57,430 bases of DNA from IMG/VR virus record IMGVR_UViG_3300045988_128708; one strand, 5' to 3'. Under the pieces are notes generated by a model. That model was not told the origin of the DNA and did no database searches. It saw nothing but the letters and a program-made list of their open reading frames with translations. Made by a program: the position numbers and the translations under genes. Source of the DNA: a virus. Below, one piece after another: positions 16,180 to 25,600 of this stretch (positions are counted from its first letter, which is position 1; every line of letters begins with the position of its first letter).

Positions 16180-17591
16180 ATTTGTACTATATCTGTCCCT
16201 TGTATGCAGTAAATCAAATCAAACTTTTTATACTGGGATGTTCCCTTGAGACCATTGAATTTAGCAAGACCAGCTTGGAAGTTCTCCGCTGAGAAATTGC
16301 CGTTAGGGAAGAATAAAACTGCGATTTTTGATTCTGGTTTAGATGCACAATGTTTGAGAGCATTTCTAATATTATTAGATGTGCCACTTTCTGCACCGGC
16401 GACCTCGAATTTAAGATCATCCCAAAGTCCCTCGCAACTCTTCCCTTTATACAAATTCTGTGGCTCGTCCTCTAAAATAACAGAATGTCCATGTTTATAT
16501 CCAACATCTTGTATTGTGGTTTCATACCAGCCTTTATCTTTGTCTAAGTTGTGCCCAATATGGGTGGCTTTTAAGCCCCCGTTCTTTTCATCAAAGGCAA
16601 CATCTTTATATTTATCATCTTTGATGAGTTTGCCATATAAGGAACGATTCTTTTCGATGTGCTCATTTTGAACATCTTTGATGCACCGAAGTAACTTGCA
16701 CGCAGCACACAATTCATTCTCAGGAACAACCTTCGCCAACTTGATTTTGCCCTTTGCGACATCGCAGTCACGACACCGACGAATAGTGTAGGGGTTGTAG
16801 TCGGGTATGGTCTTGTCTTCCTTTCCTGGATTGAAATGGAAGATACCCTTTGTGTCACGTTGAAGAGCTTCTTCGCCCAGCGCCATTGCCTCATCGTGGG
16901 GTGTGGCAGGATATTTGGACTTGCGCACCTGCACTACGGTGCAACGACAGTTCCATCCGTTGGGTGGATAGTATTCCCCCCAGAATGGGTCTGAAGGCGG
17001 AAGCGTCACGCCATTAAGTGCAGCGTGTTCTGGACGCACCTTGCCATCGTTTGCCGTGCGGTACTGGAGGTTGTAGCGGTCACCGTCCTCCGAGAACCGT
17101 TCCCATTTGGCAGCCATCTCCGCAGATGATTGTACGAAGTTGTACTCCGCGCGGAGGTAGTTGGAGTTGTAGGTGTTGTCTATCTTTCGAACATCATTCA
17201 AAAAGGCTTCAAATGTCTTTCTATTGCCGTTAGAATCCAGCAAGGACGGGAACGCCTCGTTGAGTTCGTGGAATGTCTTCATACCCGAGAAAATATAGTC
17301 AGACCGCTGGAGGCGCTTGCGCATAGCGTCAGACATCTCCACTTGTTTGAAAGTGGAATCCAATGCTCCGGCATGTGCGTTGATGAACTCCTGAACTTTC
17401 GGTTCTGCCAGCACCTTGATGCGGAACTCCGACCCTTTCTGAGAATAGAGCGTGCGCATCATGCCGTCGAACAGTTCAGAGAGCTGCTTACGTATTTGCT
17501 CCTGTTCCTTAGACAGCGACAAGGTTTGTGGATCATCGCCTAACAGACGGGCGTAGCGTTGGTGCAGCCCCAGGTAATCGCTGGGGCTCAA
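16164..17591 (-). CDS. Mu F / SPP1 gp7-family head morphogenesis protein with ~250-aa C-terminal extension
   Basis: Phage_Mu_F signature DGKVRPEHAALNGVTLPPSDPFWGEYYPPNGWNCRCTVVQV at aa ~182-221. The C-terminal part contains a CxxC...CxxC motif (CRDCD...CAACK). Confidence 0.8.
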   Translation of the reverse strand: MSPSDYLGLHQRYARLLGDDPQTLSLSKEQEQIRKQLSELFDGMMRTLYSQKGSEFRIKVLAEPKVQEFINAHAGALDSTFKQVEMSDAMRKRLQRSDYIFSGMKTFHELNEAFPSLLDSNGNRKTFEAFLNDVRKIDNTYNSNYLRAEYNFVQSSAEMAAKWERFSEDGDRYNLQYRTANDGKVRPEHAALNGVTLPPSDPFWGEYYPPNGWNCRCTVVQVRKSKYPATPHDEAMALGEEALQRDTKGIFHFNPGKEDKTIPDYNPYTIRRCRDCDVAKGKIKLAKVVPENELCAACKLLRCIKDVQNEHIEKNRSLYGKLIKDDKYKDVAFDEKNGGLKATHIGHNLDKDKGWYETTIQDVGYKHGHSVILEDEPQNLYKGKSCEGLWDDLKFEVAGAESGTSNNIRNALKHCASKPESKIAVLFFPNGNFSAENFQAGLAKFNGLKGTSQYKKFDLIYCIQGTDIVQIKKPS

Positions 17592-18937
17592 TCGAAAAAA
17601 GGACTGTGTGCGTTTTGCTGCTGTTTCTTCTTGTCGTCTTGCGGCTCGCTGTTACCATCGTCTCCCCCATCGTTGTCATCCCCTCCTGTCGGTTGCATGG
17701 GCTGAGCATTGCGACGTTCGCCTACTGGCATACTATATTTCTCTGCAAAGTAGGATGGGTCCACTTCGTAGCGGTCGGCAACCATGGTCTCGTATGCCAC
17801 CTGCTGCTCTGGTGTGTAATCGACAGCATCATCCCATTCGAAGCGCAGTCCCTTTATCGGGAACCCATGCTTTACCATGCGTGGGATAAGCTGGTTGTTC
17901 ACGATGTCGCGCAGCATGGTGCAGTCGCTTTCCACCAGGTTCTCGAACACCTCAAGGTGTGTTTCTGATTGTGAGAGGCTGCTGCCGTCCTCGATGGTCA
18001 TCGTCTGCCCGATGATGAGCTTTGACAGTTCCGAGTTGGCTCGATCGATGCGCTTGTCATAGACATTGAAGGCATCGCCCTTGCCACTCTCTACAAACTC
18101 AATCTCCGTGTCCTGCCCAGCCACCATGTACTGGCTTGCCCCGGCACCCTTGAGCATCTGTTCAAGTCGTCCCATTTCCTTTGGGTCGCGTGAGGTTGTG
18201 CGTGCAATACGCATCGGCATACCGAAAATCTCGCCGAAGGAATCCCAGAATGCCAACATGTTTTTCTTAGGAATGGTCTGCGTGGCAGCCTTCAGATACA
18301 GCCCGAGATCGTCAGGCCGTCCAGCTTCTATGAGCCAGTCAGAGAATGGGGCTGAGTGGTAGTCTATGCCCGTAGTCCAGTCCTGCCCGAGCTGTTGAAT
18401 CACACGACCGTATTCCGGAATGACATGCTTCCGTGGAATGAGCTTCACATCCGTATAGCAAGGACATCCGTCGCCATCGGTGGTGAGGTCGCCAAGTTCG
18501 ATGAGCGAGTGTCCCCAAAGATTGGCGGCAAGCGCGTATTCGAGCATTTGCTTGAACCAAGCCTGGTCGAAATAGTGGTGTGCCTCCTCGTTCTCATTAC
18601 CTTTTGCATCGACCAGTTTGAAGGACTTCGCCATGACGAACCCTACACGCTGGCGAACACAGCCCGATAGGTGAAGGTCAATATCCACATCGCGGTATAT
18701 GTCGTAGAGACGTTGGCGGTTCGGGCTGTCCACATTTATAGCCATCTGCCAGGCGTTACGCCAGTCGGCAATGTCCCTGCGTGTAAGCGCATCGGTGGTG
18801 CGTTGCAGTTCGATTACCATCTTCTTTATGCGCTTGCGGTCAGACGACTTCGCAAGGTTGAAGTCCCCGTTTGGCGTGTGCAGTATATTTTGACTGCCAC
18901 CTCCGAACATACCGCTGAAAAAGTTCTTTATATCCAT
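17588..18937 (-). CDS. Portal protein (Mu gp29 / DUF935-like)
   Basis: 449 aa, between terminase and the Mu F gene. 4-nt overlap with the Mu F start. Acidic, Gly-rich C-terminus. Confidence 0.7.
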   Translation of the reverse strand: MDIKNFFSGMFGGGSQNILHTPNGDFNLAKSSDRKRIKKMVIELQRTTDALTRRDIADWRNAWQMAINVDSPNRQRLYDIYRDVDIDLHLSGCVRQRVGFVMAKSFKLVDAKGNENEEAHHYFDQAWFKQMLEYALAANLWGHSLIELGDLTTDGDGCPCYTDVKLIPRKHVIPEYGRVIQQLGQDWTTGIDYHSAPFSDWLIEAGRPDDLGLYLKAATQTIPKKNMLAFWDSFGEIFGMPMRIARTTSRDPKEMGRLEQMLKGAGASQYMVAGQDTEIEFVESGKGDAFNVYDKRIDRANSELSKLIIGQTMTIEDGSSLSQSETHLEVFENLVESDCTMLRDIVNNQLIPRMVKHGFPIKGLRFEWDDAVDYTPEQQVAYETMVADRYEVDPSYFAEKYSMPVGERRNAQPMQPTGGDDNDGGDDGNSEPQDDKKKQQQNAHSPFFD

Positions 18938-18941
18938 AGCG

Positions 18942-19361
18942 TTACCAGTTATGTCGTAATTGTTTCTGTGAACCGAATATGAGCAAGTCGCCAGTCGGTG
19001 TGCCGTCCTCGTCGGTGTTGAGCGGCAGGTCGGGGATGATTTTTCCGGCTTGCACGCCTTCCAGCCACTTTATGGCACGCTCGTAGCGCTCCTTGCGTAT
19101 TTCGCTGCCCATCTTTTGGGGCATAGCGGCAATCATGTGATAGAGCGCAATGTCGGCGGCATACATTACCACCAAACGGTTGCGGTTTTCGCCTTCAGCC
19201 GAGAACACCGCTTCCGTGTCGTATTTTGGTCTGAGGTAGCCGGCAATCTCCTCGCAAGCCTCCAGTTCCGCATTGTCGCGTATCTCCTGCGATGCCTGCG
19301 ACACGACCTTCAGCGCATTTTCGCCTATGACCACTCTGTAGTCCTCTTCCATGATAAACAT
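18942..19361 (-). CDS. DUF1320 / Mu gp36-like head-tail adaptor
   Basis: 139 aa. IAGYLRPKYD...AADIALYHMIA...ERYERAIKWLEGVQAGKI pattern. Confidence 0.55.
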   Translation of the reverse strand: MFIMEEDYRVVIGENALKVVSQASQEIRDNAELEACEEIAGYLRPKYDTEAVFSAEGENRNRLVVMYAADIALYHMIAAMPQKMGSEIRKERYERAIKWLEGVQAGKIIPDLPLNTDEDGTPTGDLLIFGSQKQLRHNW

Positions 19362-19375
19362 AGTAAGCCTCCTTC

Positions 19376-19606
19376 CTAATGCGTCACATAAATGGCACGA
19401 CGCTCGATGTCGGCAACCTTTACACCCTTACGGAAGCGGTGCTTGGCAACCAGTTCGCGGATGGTGCGTTTCGGTACGACCTTCAGCGAGCCGTTCATGT
19501 AAATCACATAATACTTCATGCCAAGCAGCTTTGAGAGCTTGTTGGCTTTCTTGATGGCACGCTTGCACTGCCATCCCCAGATAATGTCCTTTATTACTTG
19601 TATCAT
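19376..19606 (-). CDS. Hypothetical small basic protein (76 aa)
   Basis: I chose the internal ATG at 19606 (MIQVIKDII...), which abuts the terminase stop at 19609. The tracked 19690 start overlaps the terminase. Confidence 0.45.
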   Translation of the reverse strand: MIQVIKDIIWGWQCKRAIKKANKLSKLLGMKYYVIYMNGSLKVVPKRTIRELVAKHRFRKGVKVADIERRAIYVTH

Positions 19607-19608
19607 TG

Positions 19609-21168
19609 TTACCAAATGTTTTTGGCGGTCGGTCTTTTGCCGAACACCGGTTTGAAACTTTCCTGTCTTGTATTGCGCTGGAGTATCCATATTGCGCCTT
19701 CATCAGCGTCAGGCGCATCGTCATGCACACGGCTGCCACGCTCCAACGCCAACGTCTGTTCTATGCCCACCTGCATATCGGGGTCTTCCTTCTTGCGCTC
19801 GTTGTACCAGACAAAGCCACGTTCCCAAAGAGGGCTGACCGCCTCGATACGCTGGATTTTGTCTGGCTTCTTTCGCTTGTCTGGCATGATGGGCAGCTGG
19901 TAGCCACGCAGCTCCCCTTCCACGGCAAACTCGTCCAAAATCACATCCTGCATGAAGTTCGCTTCCATGAAGAACTGAATAGCCACCGTGTCGCGTGTAC
20001 GCTCGTAGAGGTCGTATAGCCATCGAACCATCTCGCTGACTGTTGCCTGGCGCACGAAACTGTCTATGAGATGCAGTTCCGAGCCAATCTTTCCCCAAAC
20101 GCGGCTCGCCTTGTAGTCGTTGGAGGTTGTCGATTTGAACGACGGGTCGGTATAGCACACAATCATGTCGTACTTTTCGAGCTTTGGCAAACGCTTGTAT
20201 CGAATCCAATCCGCACGGAAGATCGTACCATCCACGATAGGGTTGTGCATCATCTCCTTCTCCCAGGCACGATAGCCCACGAAGTCGCGGTAAGCCTGCG
20301 CCTCCTCTTTGGTCCATTTCTCTTTCCATACCGGTTCTCCGTTACGATCGACCGCTACGATTTTAGAAAGGAACACTCCCTTTGTACGTGAGAGATTGTA
20401 GAGCACAGAGTTCTTGCTGATGAGGTTGCCCACCATAATGAAGCGTCCACGGCCCACATCAAGCGCACCAAAGAGAGCCTCCTTCACCCAGTCGGTGAGG
20501 TCGTGTACGAGTTTGTCGTTCTTGCAAAGCTGATCGTCGTCAAGGTCATCAATGACGATGTAGTCAGGACGGGATTCACGGTCACGCAGACCACGAGGCG
20601 ACTGTCCACGACCGCAGGCAAGGAACTTCACACCGCTCTTTGTCTTGAACTCGCCCTCCTGCCATCCGCCGTCGTTCTTCTGCTGTCCGAAGTCGGCAAT
20701 GAGACGCTGGTTGTATTCCAGTTCCGCTTGAATATCTCCAAGCAGTCGGTCGGCATTGTCCTCCGACTTTCCGACAACCACCATAAAGTTGATAAGCCGC
20801 TTCGGTTGGAACATCAACCAGAGCGGCGTGAATACATCAAGGTGGGTCGATTTGGCGTGACCGCGTGGCCACATGAATACAGCCTTCAAGTCGGGCGTGT
20901 TTCGGACCTTGCGTGCAGCTTCGTTGTGGAACGGAGCGTTGTGAATGGTGCGTATGACCTCACCGGTCGTCTTGTCACGCAATTGCAGGAAGTGTGGAAA
21001 GTAATACTCGCAGAACGCTGCGTAGTTGTTGAGCAAGCGTTTGATACGCATGTCCCTTTCTACTGGCGTTTCGCTTTTCAGGAGTGACGTGTCCGTAATG
21101 GCTTGCACTTGCCGGCATCGCTCTTTCCACTCCTCGTATGCCTTTTTCTTTTCCGCTGCTGTTGCCAT
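19609..21168 (-). CDS. Terminase large subunit
   Basis: 519 aa. Walker A-like WPRGHAKST, Walker B-like YIVIDDLDDD. Positioned between the small terminase and portal genes. Confidence 0.8.
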   Translation of the reverse strand: MATAAEKKKAYEEWKERCRQVQAITDTSLLKSETPVERDMRIKRLLNNYAAFCEYYFPHFLQLRDKTTGEVIRTIHNAPFHNEAARKVRNTPDLKAVFMWPRGHAKSTHLDVFTPLWLMFQPKRLINFMVVVGKSEDNADRLLGDIQAELEYNQRLIADFGQQKNDGGWQEGEFKTKSGVKFLACGRGQSPRGLRDRESRPDYIVIDDLDDDQLCKNDKLVHDLTDWVKEALFGALDVGRGRFIMVGNLISKNSVLYNLSRTKGVFLSKIVAVDRNGEPVWKEKWTKEEAQAYRDFVGYRAWEKEMMHNPIVDGTIFRADWIRYKRLPKLEKYDMIVCYTDPSFKSTTSNDYKASRVWGKIGSELHLIDSFVRQATVSEMVRWLYDLYERTRDTVAIQFFMEANFMQDVILDEFAVEGELRGYQLPIMPDKRKKPDKIQRIEAVSPLWERGFVWYNERKKEDPDMQVGIEQTLALERGSRVHDDAPDADEGAIWILQRNTRQESFKPVFGKRPTAKNIW

Positions 21169-21180
21169 AGGCTGCCTCCA

Positions 21181-21645
21181 CTATTTTATGCCCATCTGTT
21201 CTGTGATGTACATGTCCTGGAACTTGTTGATTACACGCATCAGTTCGGGAGTCACCTCTGGGTCTGTCTGCGAGCGGTACTCCAGCCACTTGGAGAACGC
21301 CATGAACACCTCGATGGCATCCACCACATTAGCCTTCTTGTCGAGCTTCTCAATGACCGACGAGAGTTTAGCCAGCTTGTCGCCAAGTCCTGCAATGAGT
21401 GCAGGGTCGTCAGAACCATTCACTTGTGTAATGAGTGTGTCGATGGTGAGCAACAGTTTGTTCACCAGTTCAGGGCGTGTGATGTTCTTGGCGGCACGAG
21501 CCTCTTTCCACCCCTCGGCTGAGCACCATTTGGATATGGTGACGCGCGACACGTCCACCTTCTCCGCAATCTCCTGCTGCTCCATGCCCGAAAGATAGAG
21601 CGTGCGTGCCAGCGATTTCTTTTTTTCAATATCTGCCTTTGTCAT
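21181..21645 (-). CDS. Terminase small subunit (Mu gp27 / DUF1804-like HTH protein)
   Basis: Start chosen at MTKADIEKKK (21645). HTH: MEQQEIAEKVDVSRVTISKWCSAEGW. The tracked 319-aa version runs through the divergent control region. Confidence 0.65.
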   Translation of the reverse strand: MTKADIEKKKSLARTLYLSGMEQQEIAEKVDVSRVTISKWCSAEGWKEARAAKNITRPELVNKLLLTIDTLITQVNGSDDPALIAGLGDKLAKLSSVIEKLDKKANVVDAIEVFMAFSKWLEYRSQTDPEVTPELMRVINKFQDMYITEQMGIK

Positions 21646-21724
21646 GTTGATAAGGTTTTTGTTCACATCAGGGCATACCACGCCCCGATTCCTTCTGCAA
21701 AAGTGCCACGATTTCGGTGGCTCT

Positions 21725-21780
21725 CCAAAAAAGTGTGCAATGGTTTCATAGAAGTGTGCAACCATTGCACACTTTTTTGG
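21725..21780. promoter_or_regulatory. Perfect 21-bp inverted repeat with 14-bp spacer in the divergent late control region
   Basis: ccaaaaaagtgtgcaatggtt (21725-21745) and aaccattgcacacttttttgg (21760-21780). A third aagtgtgcaa copy lies in the spacer (21752-21761). A near -7 box taatattg is at 21800-21807. Confidence 0.6.
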
Positions 21781-21848
21781 CGGACAGACAATTACCTCGT
21801 AATATTGCACTGCGAATCGGGCAATGCAGCCCAGAAAACGACAATGAT

Positions 21849-22787
21849 ATGAGTAAAGGAAAACGCGTAAGAATAACCAACGATAGCCTGAACAGCTACG
21901 GCACAAGAGTGCTGACAGCTGGCATGAACGTGGAGCAGTATCAGCGCAACCCCGTCCTGCTGTATATGCACGAGCGTGGTAATGTGATAGGCTATGTGAA
22001 AGACCTGAAGGTGGAGGATGGTGAAGTGACCGGCGAATTGATGTTTGACGAAGCATCCGAACTATCCACACGCTGTAAGAAGCAGTATGAGTTCGGCAGT
22101 CTGAAGATGGTGAGCGCAGGGCTTGACATTCTGGAGACAAGTGAGGACCCCGAACTGCTTGTGCAGGGTCAGACCAGTCCTACCGTCACCAAGAGCAAAC
22201 TGTTTGAGGTTAGCTTGGTGGACATTGGAGCCAATGATGATGCCATCGTGCTGCAGAAGGACGGCAAGAAGATTACTCTCGGCAAGGACAGCGAGTGTCC
22301 CTTGCCAATGTTGAACAATAATAATCAAAAACAAATGGAACAGAAACAGTATGCCCTGCAGTTGGGCTTGCCGGAAACGGCGACTGATGCGGAGATCACC
22401 GCCAAGCTCAGCGAGCTGAATGCCGCTAAGCAAGAGAATGAGAGACTCCAGAAGGAGAAGGAGACCCTTACGCTTGCCAGTATCACTGCCGTCGTGGAGA
22501 AAGCAGTCGGCGAGAAGCGTATCGCCACAGACAAGAAAGACGAGTTCATCAACCTCGGCAAGGAAATTGGCCAGGAGAAGTTGGAGCGCATCATCTCTGC
22601 CATGTCGCCACAGATGAAGCTCAGTGCCGTTATCGGCCACCAGGGTGGAGCTTCAACCCAGCAGCCTGCCACATACAAGAAACTGAGCGATGTGCCGTCT
22701 GCAGAACTCCTGACACTCCGCAAAGAGCAGCCCGAGGAGTATAAGCGACTCTACAAGGAGGAGTACGGCATGGAGTGTGAACTTTAA
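21849..22787 (+). CDS. Prohead protease fused to a scaffold (Mu I/Z-like arrangement)
   Basis: Start chosen at MSKGKRVRITNDSLNSYGTRV. Protease-like N-terminal half. C-terminal coiled coil AEITAKLSELNAAKQENERLQKEKETL. Confidence 0.65.
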   Translation: MSKGKRVRITNDSLNSYGTRVLTAGMNVEQYQRNPVLLYMHERGNVIGYVKDLKVEDGEVTGELMFDEASELSTRCKKQYEFGSLKMVSAGLDILETSEDPELLVQGQTSPTVTKSKLFEVSLVDIGANDDAIVLQKDGKKITLGKDSECPLPMLNNNNQKQMEQKQYALQLGLPETATDAEITAKLSELNAAKQENERLQKEKETLTLASITAVVEKAVGEKRIATDKKDEFINLGKEIGQEKLERIISAMSPQMKLSAVIGHQGGASTQQPATYKKLSDVPSAELLTLRKEQPEEYKRLYKEEYGMECEL

Positions 22788-22811
22788 GTACAAACCAATA
22801 ATACAAGAAAA

Positions 22812-23876
22812 ATGAAAATGAACAGATTGCTTGCACTGACAATGGCAGTGCTTTTCAACTGCATCACCGGCAGCATTTTCGCTGCAGTCCTTGGCTTTTC
22901 GCCTGTGGCGGGAGCCTTGGGCATGAATTGCATCGCCACGATGGTGGGCGGTGAGGTCGCCCCCGGCGCATTGCGTGCCGGAGTGTACAAGGAGATATGG
23001 ACAGGCGAGTTGGTGAAATACCTCCGCCGTGGTTTGGAAGCCACCTGGCTTGACGGCATTCCAGATGCTTCAAGCATTGTCGATAACGATGTTATCCACT
23101 TGGTTGAGGTCGGTGTTGACCCCGAAGTGCTTGTCAACAATACTACCTATCCGATTCCCTTGCAGGCATTGGACGACAAGGACATCAGTATCCAGCTTGA
23201 CAAGTTCCAGACAAAGGTGACTCCGATTACCGACGATGAACTCTATGCCATCAGTTACGACAAGATGTCAAGAGTGAAGGAATCCCATGGCAATGCCATC
23301 AATGATGCCAAGTTCGCCAAGGCGGCTCATGCGCTTTGCGCGAAACAGAATGCGGCGAAGACCCCGGTGCTGAAAACTACAGGAGAGCGTGACGCGGCAA
23401 CCGGACGCTTGAAGATGACGAAGACCGACTTACTCAGCATGAAGCGGCAGATGGACGCTTTGAAAGTTCCTGCAGCAGGTCGCCGACTCGTGCTTTGCTC
23501 AGACCATATCAACGACCTTCTGGAGATTGAGCAGACCTTCCGTGAACAGTACAACATCAACCGCAATGATGGAACAGTCGGACGCTTGTACGGTTTCGAC
23601 ATCTACGAATACGCCAGCAATCCGCTTTATACGCAGGCCGGTGTGAAGAAGGATTTGGGCAAAGCAGCAGAGACGGGCGAGTTCCAATGCTCGTTTGCAT
23701 TCTATACAAACCGCGTGTTCAAGGCCACCGGCTCCACCAAGATGTATTGGAGCGCAGCCGAGAACGACCCCGAATATCAGCGCAACAAGATTAACTTCCG
23801 CCACCGTTTCATCTGTATGCCCAAGAAGGCAGACGCAGGTGTCGTGATGACCAGCGGATATAAAGCTGCAGCGTAA
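22812..23876 (+). CDS. Major capsid protein (start uncertain; hydrophobic first ~40 aa may not be translated)
   Basis: 354 aa directly after the protease/scaffold. Assigned by size and position. Alternative starts at MNCIATM or MVGGEV. Confidence 0.65.
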   Translation: MKMNRLLALTMAVLFNCITGSIFAAVLGFSPVAGALGMNCIATMVGGEVAPGALRAGVYKEIWTGELVKYLRRGLEATWLDGIPDASSIVDNDVIHLVEVGVDPEVLVNNTTYPIPLQALDDKDISIQLDKFQTKVTPITDDELYAISYDKMSRVKESHGNAINDAKFAKAAHALCAKQNAAKTPVLKTTGERDAATGRLKMTKTDLLSMKRQMDALKVPAAGRRLVLCSDHINDLLEIEQTFREQYNINRNDGTVGRLYGFDIYEYASNPLYTQAGVKKDLGKAAETGEFQCSFAFYTNRVFKATGSTKMYWSAAENDPEYQRNKINFRHRFICMPKKADAGVVMTSGYKAAA

Positions 23877-24349
23877 TGGCGAGAATGAAGTATTTAGTCC
23901 TACACTGCACAGCCACCCCTGAAGGCCGTGATGTAACCTCTAAGGAGATACGCCACTGGCACACTGACCCAGTAAGCAAGGGTGGGCGTGGCTGGAAGCA
24001 GGTAGGCTATACCGACCTGATACACTTGGATGGCAAGGTGGAACGCCTTGTCGATAACAACGAAGATGCGGAGGTTGATCCGTGGGAAGTGACCAACGGT
24101 GCCAAGGGTTACAACAGTGTGAGCCGTCATGTGGTGTATGCCGGTGGCTGCACCAAGGATATGAAGCATCCCAAGGACACGCGCACCCCTGCGCAGCTGA
24201 AGGCGATGACCGACTATGTGCGGAACTTCCATCAGCGTTTTCCGCAGATCAAGATTGTAGGTCATTGCGACCTTCCGGGCGTAAATAAAGCCTGCCCAGC
24301 CTTCGATGTAGCCAAGTGGCTCAAGTCAATAGGAATATACCAACAGTAA
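23876..24349 (+). CDS. N-acetylmuramoyl-L-alanine amidase endolysin (Amidase_2 / PGRP, T7-lysozyme-like)
   Basis: LVLHCTATPEG...GWKQVGYTDLIHLDG...HVVYAGG...IVGHCDLPGVNKACPAFDV. Confidence 0.85.
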   Translation: MARMKYLVLHCTATPEGRDVTSKEIRHWHTDPVSKGGRGWKQVGYTDLIHLDGKVERLVDNNEDAEVDPWEVTNGAKGYNSVSRHVVYAGGCTKDMKHPKDTRTPAQLKAMTDYVRNFHQRFPQIKIVGHCDLPGVNKACPAFDVAKWLKSIGIYQQ

Positions 24350-24353
24350 AAAT

Positions 24354-24839
24354 ATGGATGGCATGAATATCAGCGAAGTCCTGAACGTCCTCCTTGGCGG
24401 AGGTCTGGTGGCTACCATTGTTGCAATATGCACGCTGCGGGCTACCATAAGGAAAGCGAAAGCGGAATCGATGAAGGCGGAAGCCGATGCCGAGACGGTG
24501 CGTATGGACAACGCCGAGCATGCCACCCGTATCTTGGTAGAGAACATCGTGAAACCATTGAAGGAAGAACTCAATGAGACAAGAAGATACCTCGAAGCCT
24601 CGAAACGCGAGATGGCGCGTCTTCGGAAGGCTATCGACACTGCGAACAGTTGCAAGCATCATGATGATTGCCCTGTTCTTGTCGGGCTGCGCGACAAGCC
24701 GAAAAGCGAGCGTGGCCACGGAGGAAAGCGTGAAACAAGTATCCGCGGACACCCTCCAGAGCGAGGTGCGTCAGACATGGTCGGAGACAGTACCACAGGA
24801 GGAAGCCAAGCTGGAGATACCTCTGGCGGAACTGACTAA
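24354..24839 (+). CDS. N-terminally membrane-anchored coiled-coil protein (i-spanin-like or holin-associated)
   Basis: TM LLGGGLVATIVAICTL, then a coiled coil. The 3' ~180 nt overlap the next gene in another frame. Confidence 0.5.
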   Translation: MDGMNISEVLNVLLGGGLVATIVAICTLRATIRKAKAESMKAEADAETVRMDNAEHATRILVENIVKPLKEELNETRRYLEASKREMARLRKAIDTANSCKHHDDCPVLVGLRDKPKSERGHGGKRETSIRGHPPERGASDMVGDSTTGGSQAGDTSGGTD

Positions 24840-25140
24840 CCTGCCCGAAAAGGCAGAGTACCGAGCCAAGAACGGACGAGCCAGCGCAACCGTGCAGAAC
24901 AAAGGTGGCATCATCGTGGTGTATGCCACTTGCGACAGTCTGCAACGCCAGTGCGAGTACTATGAGCGCCAGATGGCGAGCTACAAGAAAGCATTGGAGC
25001 AGCAGAAGAATGAAGCCAGAACGGAAAAGGAACGCAGTTCAAATCCGTGGAAGATGCTTCTCATCGCCTTTATTGTCGGAGTGGCGACCGGCACAGTATT
25101 AACAATCATAACAAGAAAGATATGGCAAAAAGTGTTTTAG
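24574..25140 (+). CDS. Lipobox-containing protein with C-terminal TM (o-spanin / unimolecular-spanin-like); start uncertain (24574 to 24661)
   Basis: IMMIALFLSGC lipobox (Cys codon 24688-24690). C-terminal TM MLLIAFIVGVATGTVLTIITRKIW. Confidence 0.5.
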   Translation: MRQEDTSKPRNARWRVFGRLSTLRTVASIMMIALFLSGCATSRKASVATEESVKQVSADTLQSEVRQTWSETVPQEEAKLEIPLAELTNLPEKAEYRAKNGRASATVQNKGGIIVVYATCDSLQRQCEYYERQMASYKKALEQQKNEARTEKERSSNPWKMLLIAFIVGVATGTVLTIITRKIWQKVF

Positions 25141-25589
25141 ACGGAACTGACCTTATCCTTTCCATGGGTACCAATGCCCTCGGCTTTTCCACCGGTTGTA
25201 AGGTGTCCACATCAGCGGAGACCGGTGAACGTGTGACTAAAGAGGCTTCTGGTGGCAAGTGGAAGGAGTCTTACATCAAGAGTTTCTCCGAACAGATTAC
25301 CGCCGATGGTGTTGTACTTACTGACGGCACGGATGAGGTGCCTTCGTATGACCAGTTGAAGGACGCAATGCTTAAGGGTGAGCCAGTGGAGGCAGCGTAC
25401 AATCTGCGTGAAGGAGACAAACGCACAGGTAAAGCCACTGGCGGATATAAAGGCAAGTATCTGATTACCTCTCTTGACCTTGACGCACAGGCTGGTGACG
25501 ATGCCAAGTATTCAATCACGCTTCAGAACTGCGGCAAGGTGGATAAAGTGGGTACGGGTATCACAGACACCACTCAGCAGACTGAATAA
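25122..25589 (+). CDS. Major tail protein (TP901-1 / phi13-like, non-contractile tail)
   Basis: Start chosen at MAKSVLDGTDLILS. 155 aa. Lies upstream of the chaperone pair and tape measure. No sheath gene is present. Confidence 0.6.
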   Translation: MAKSVLDGTDLILSMGTNALGFSTGCKVSTSAETGERVTKEASGGKWKESYIKSFSEQITADGVVLTDGTDEVPSYDQLKDAMLKGEPVEAAYNLREGDKRTGKATGGYKGKYLITSLDLDAQAGDDAKYSITLQNCGKVDKVGTGITDTTQQTE

Positions 25590-25600
25590 CAACATCGCGT

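Noticed and set aside
21181-22140. 319-aa version of the small terminase ORF and 356-aa version of the protease ORF (21717 start)
   Set aside because: Both N-terminal extensions cross the divergent intergenic control region and each other, and translate to Cys/Arg/His-rich nonsense. Internal starts at 21645 and 21849 give family-typical N-termini.
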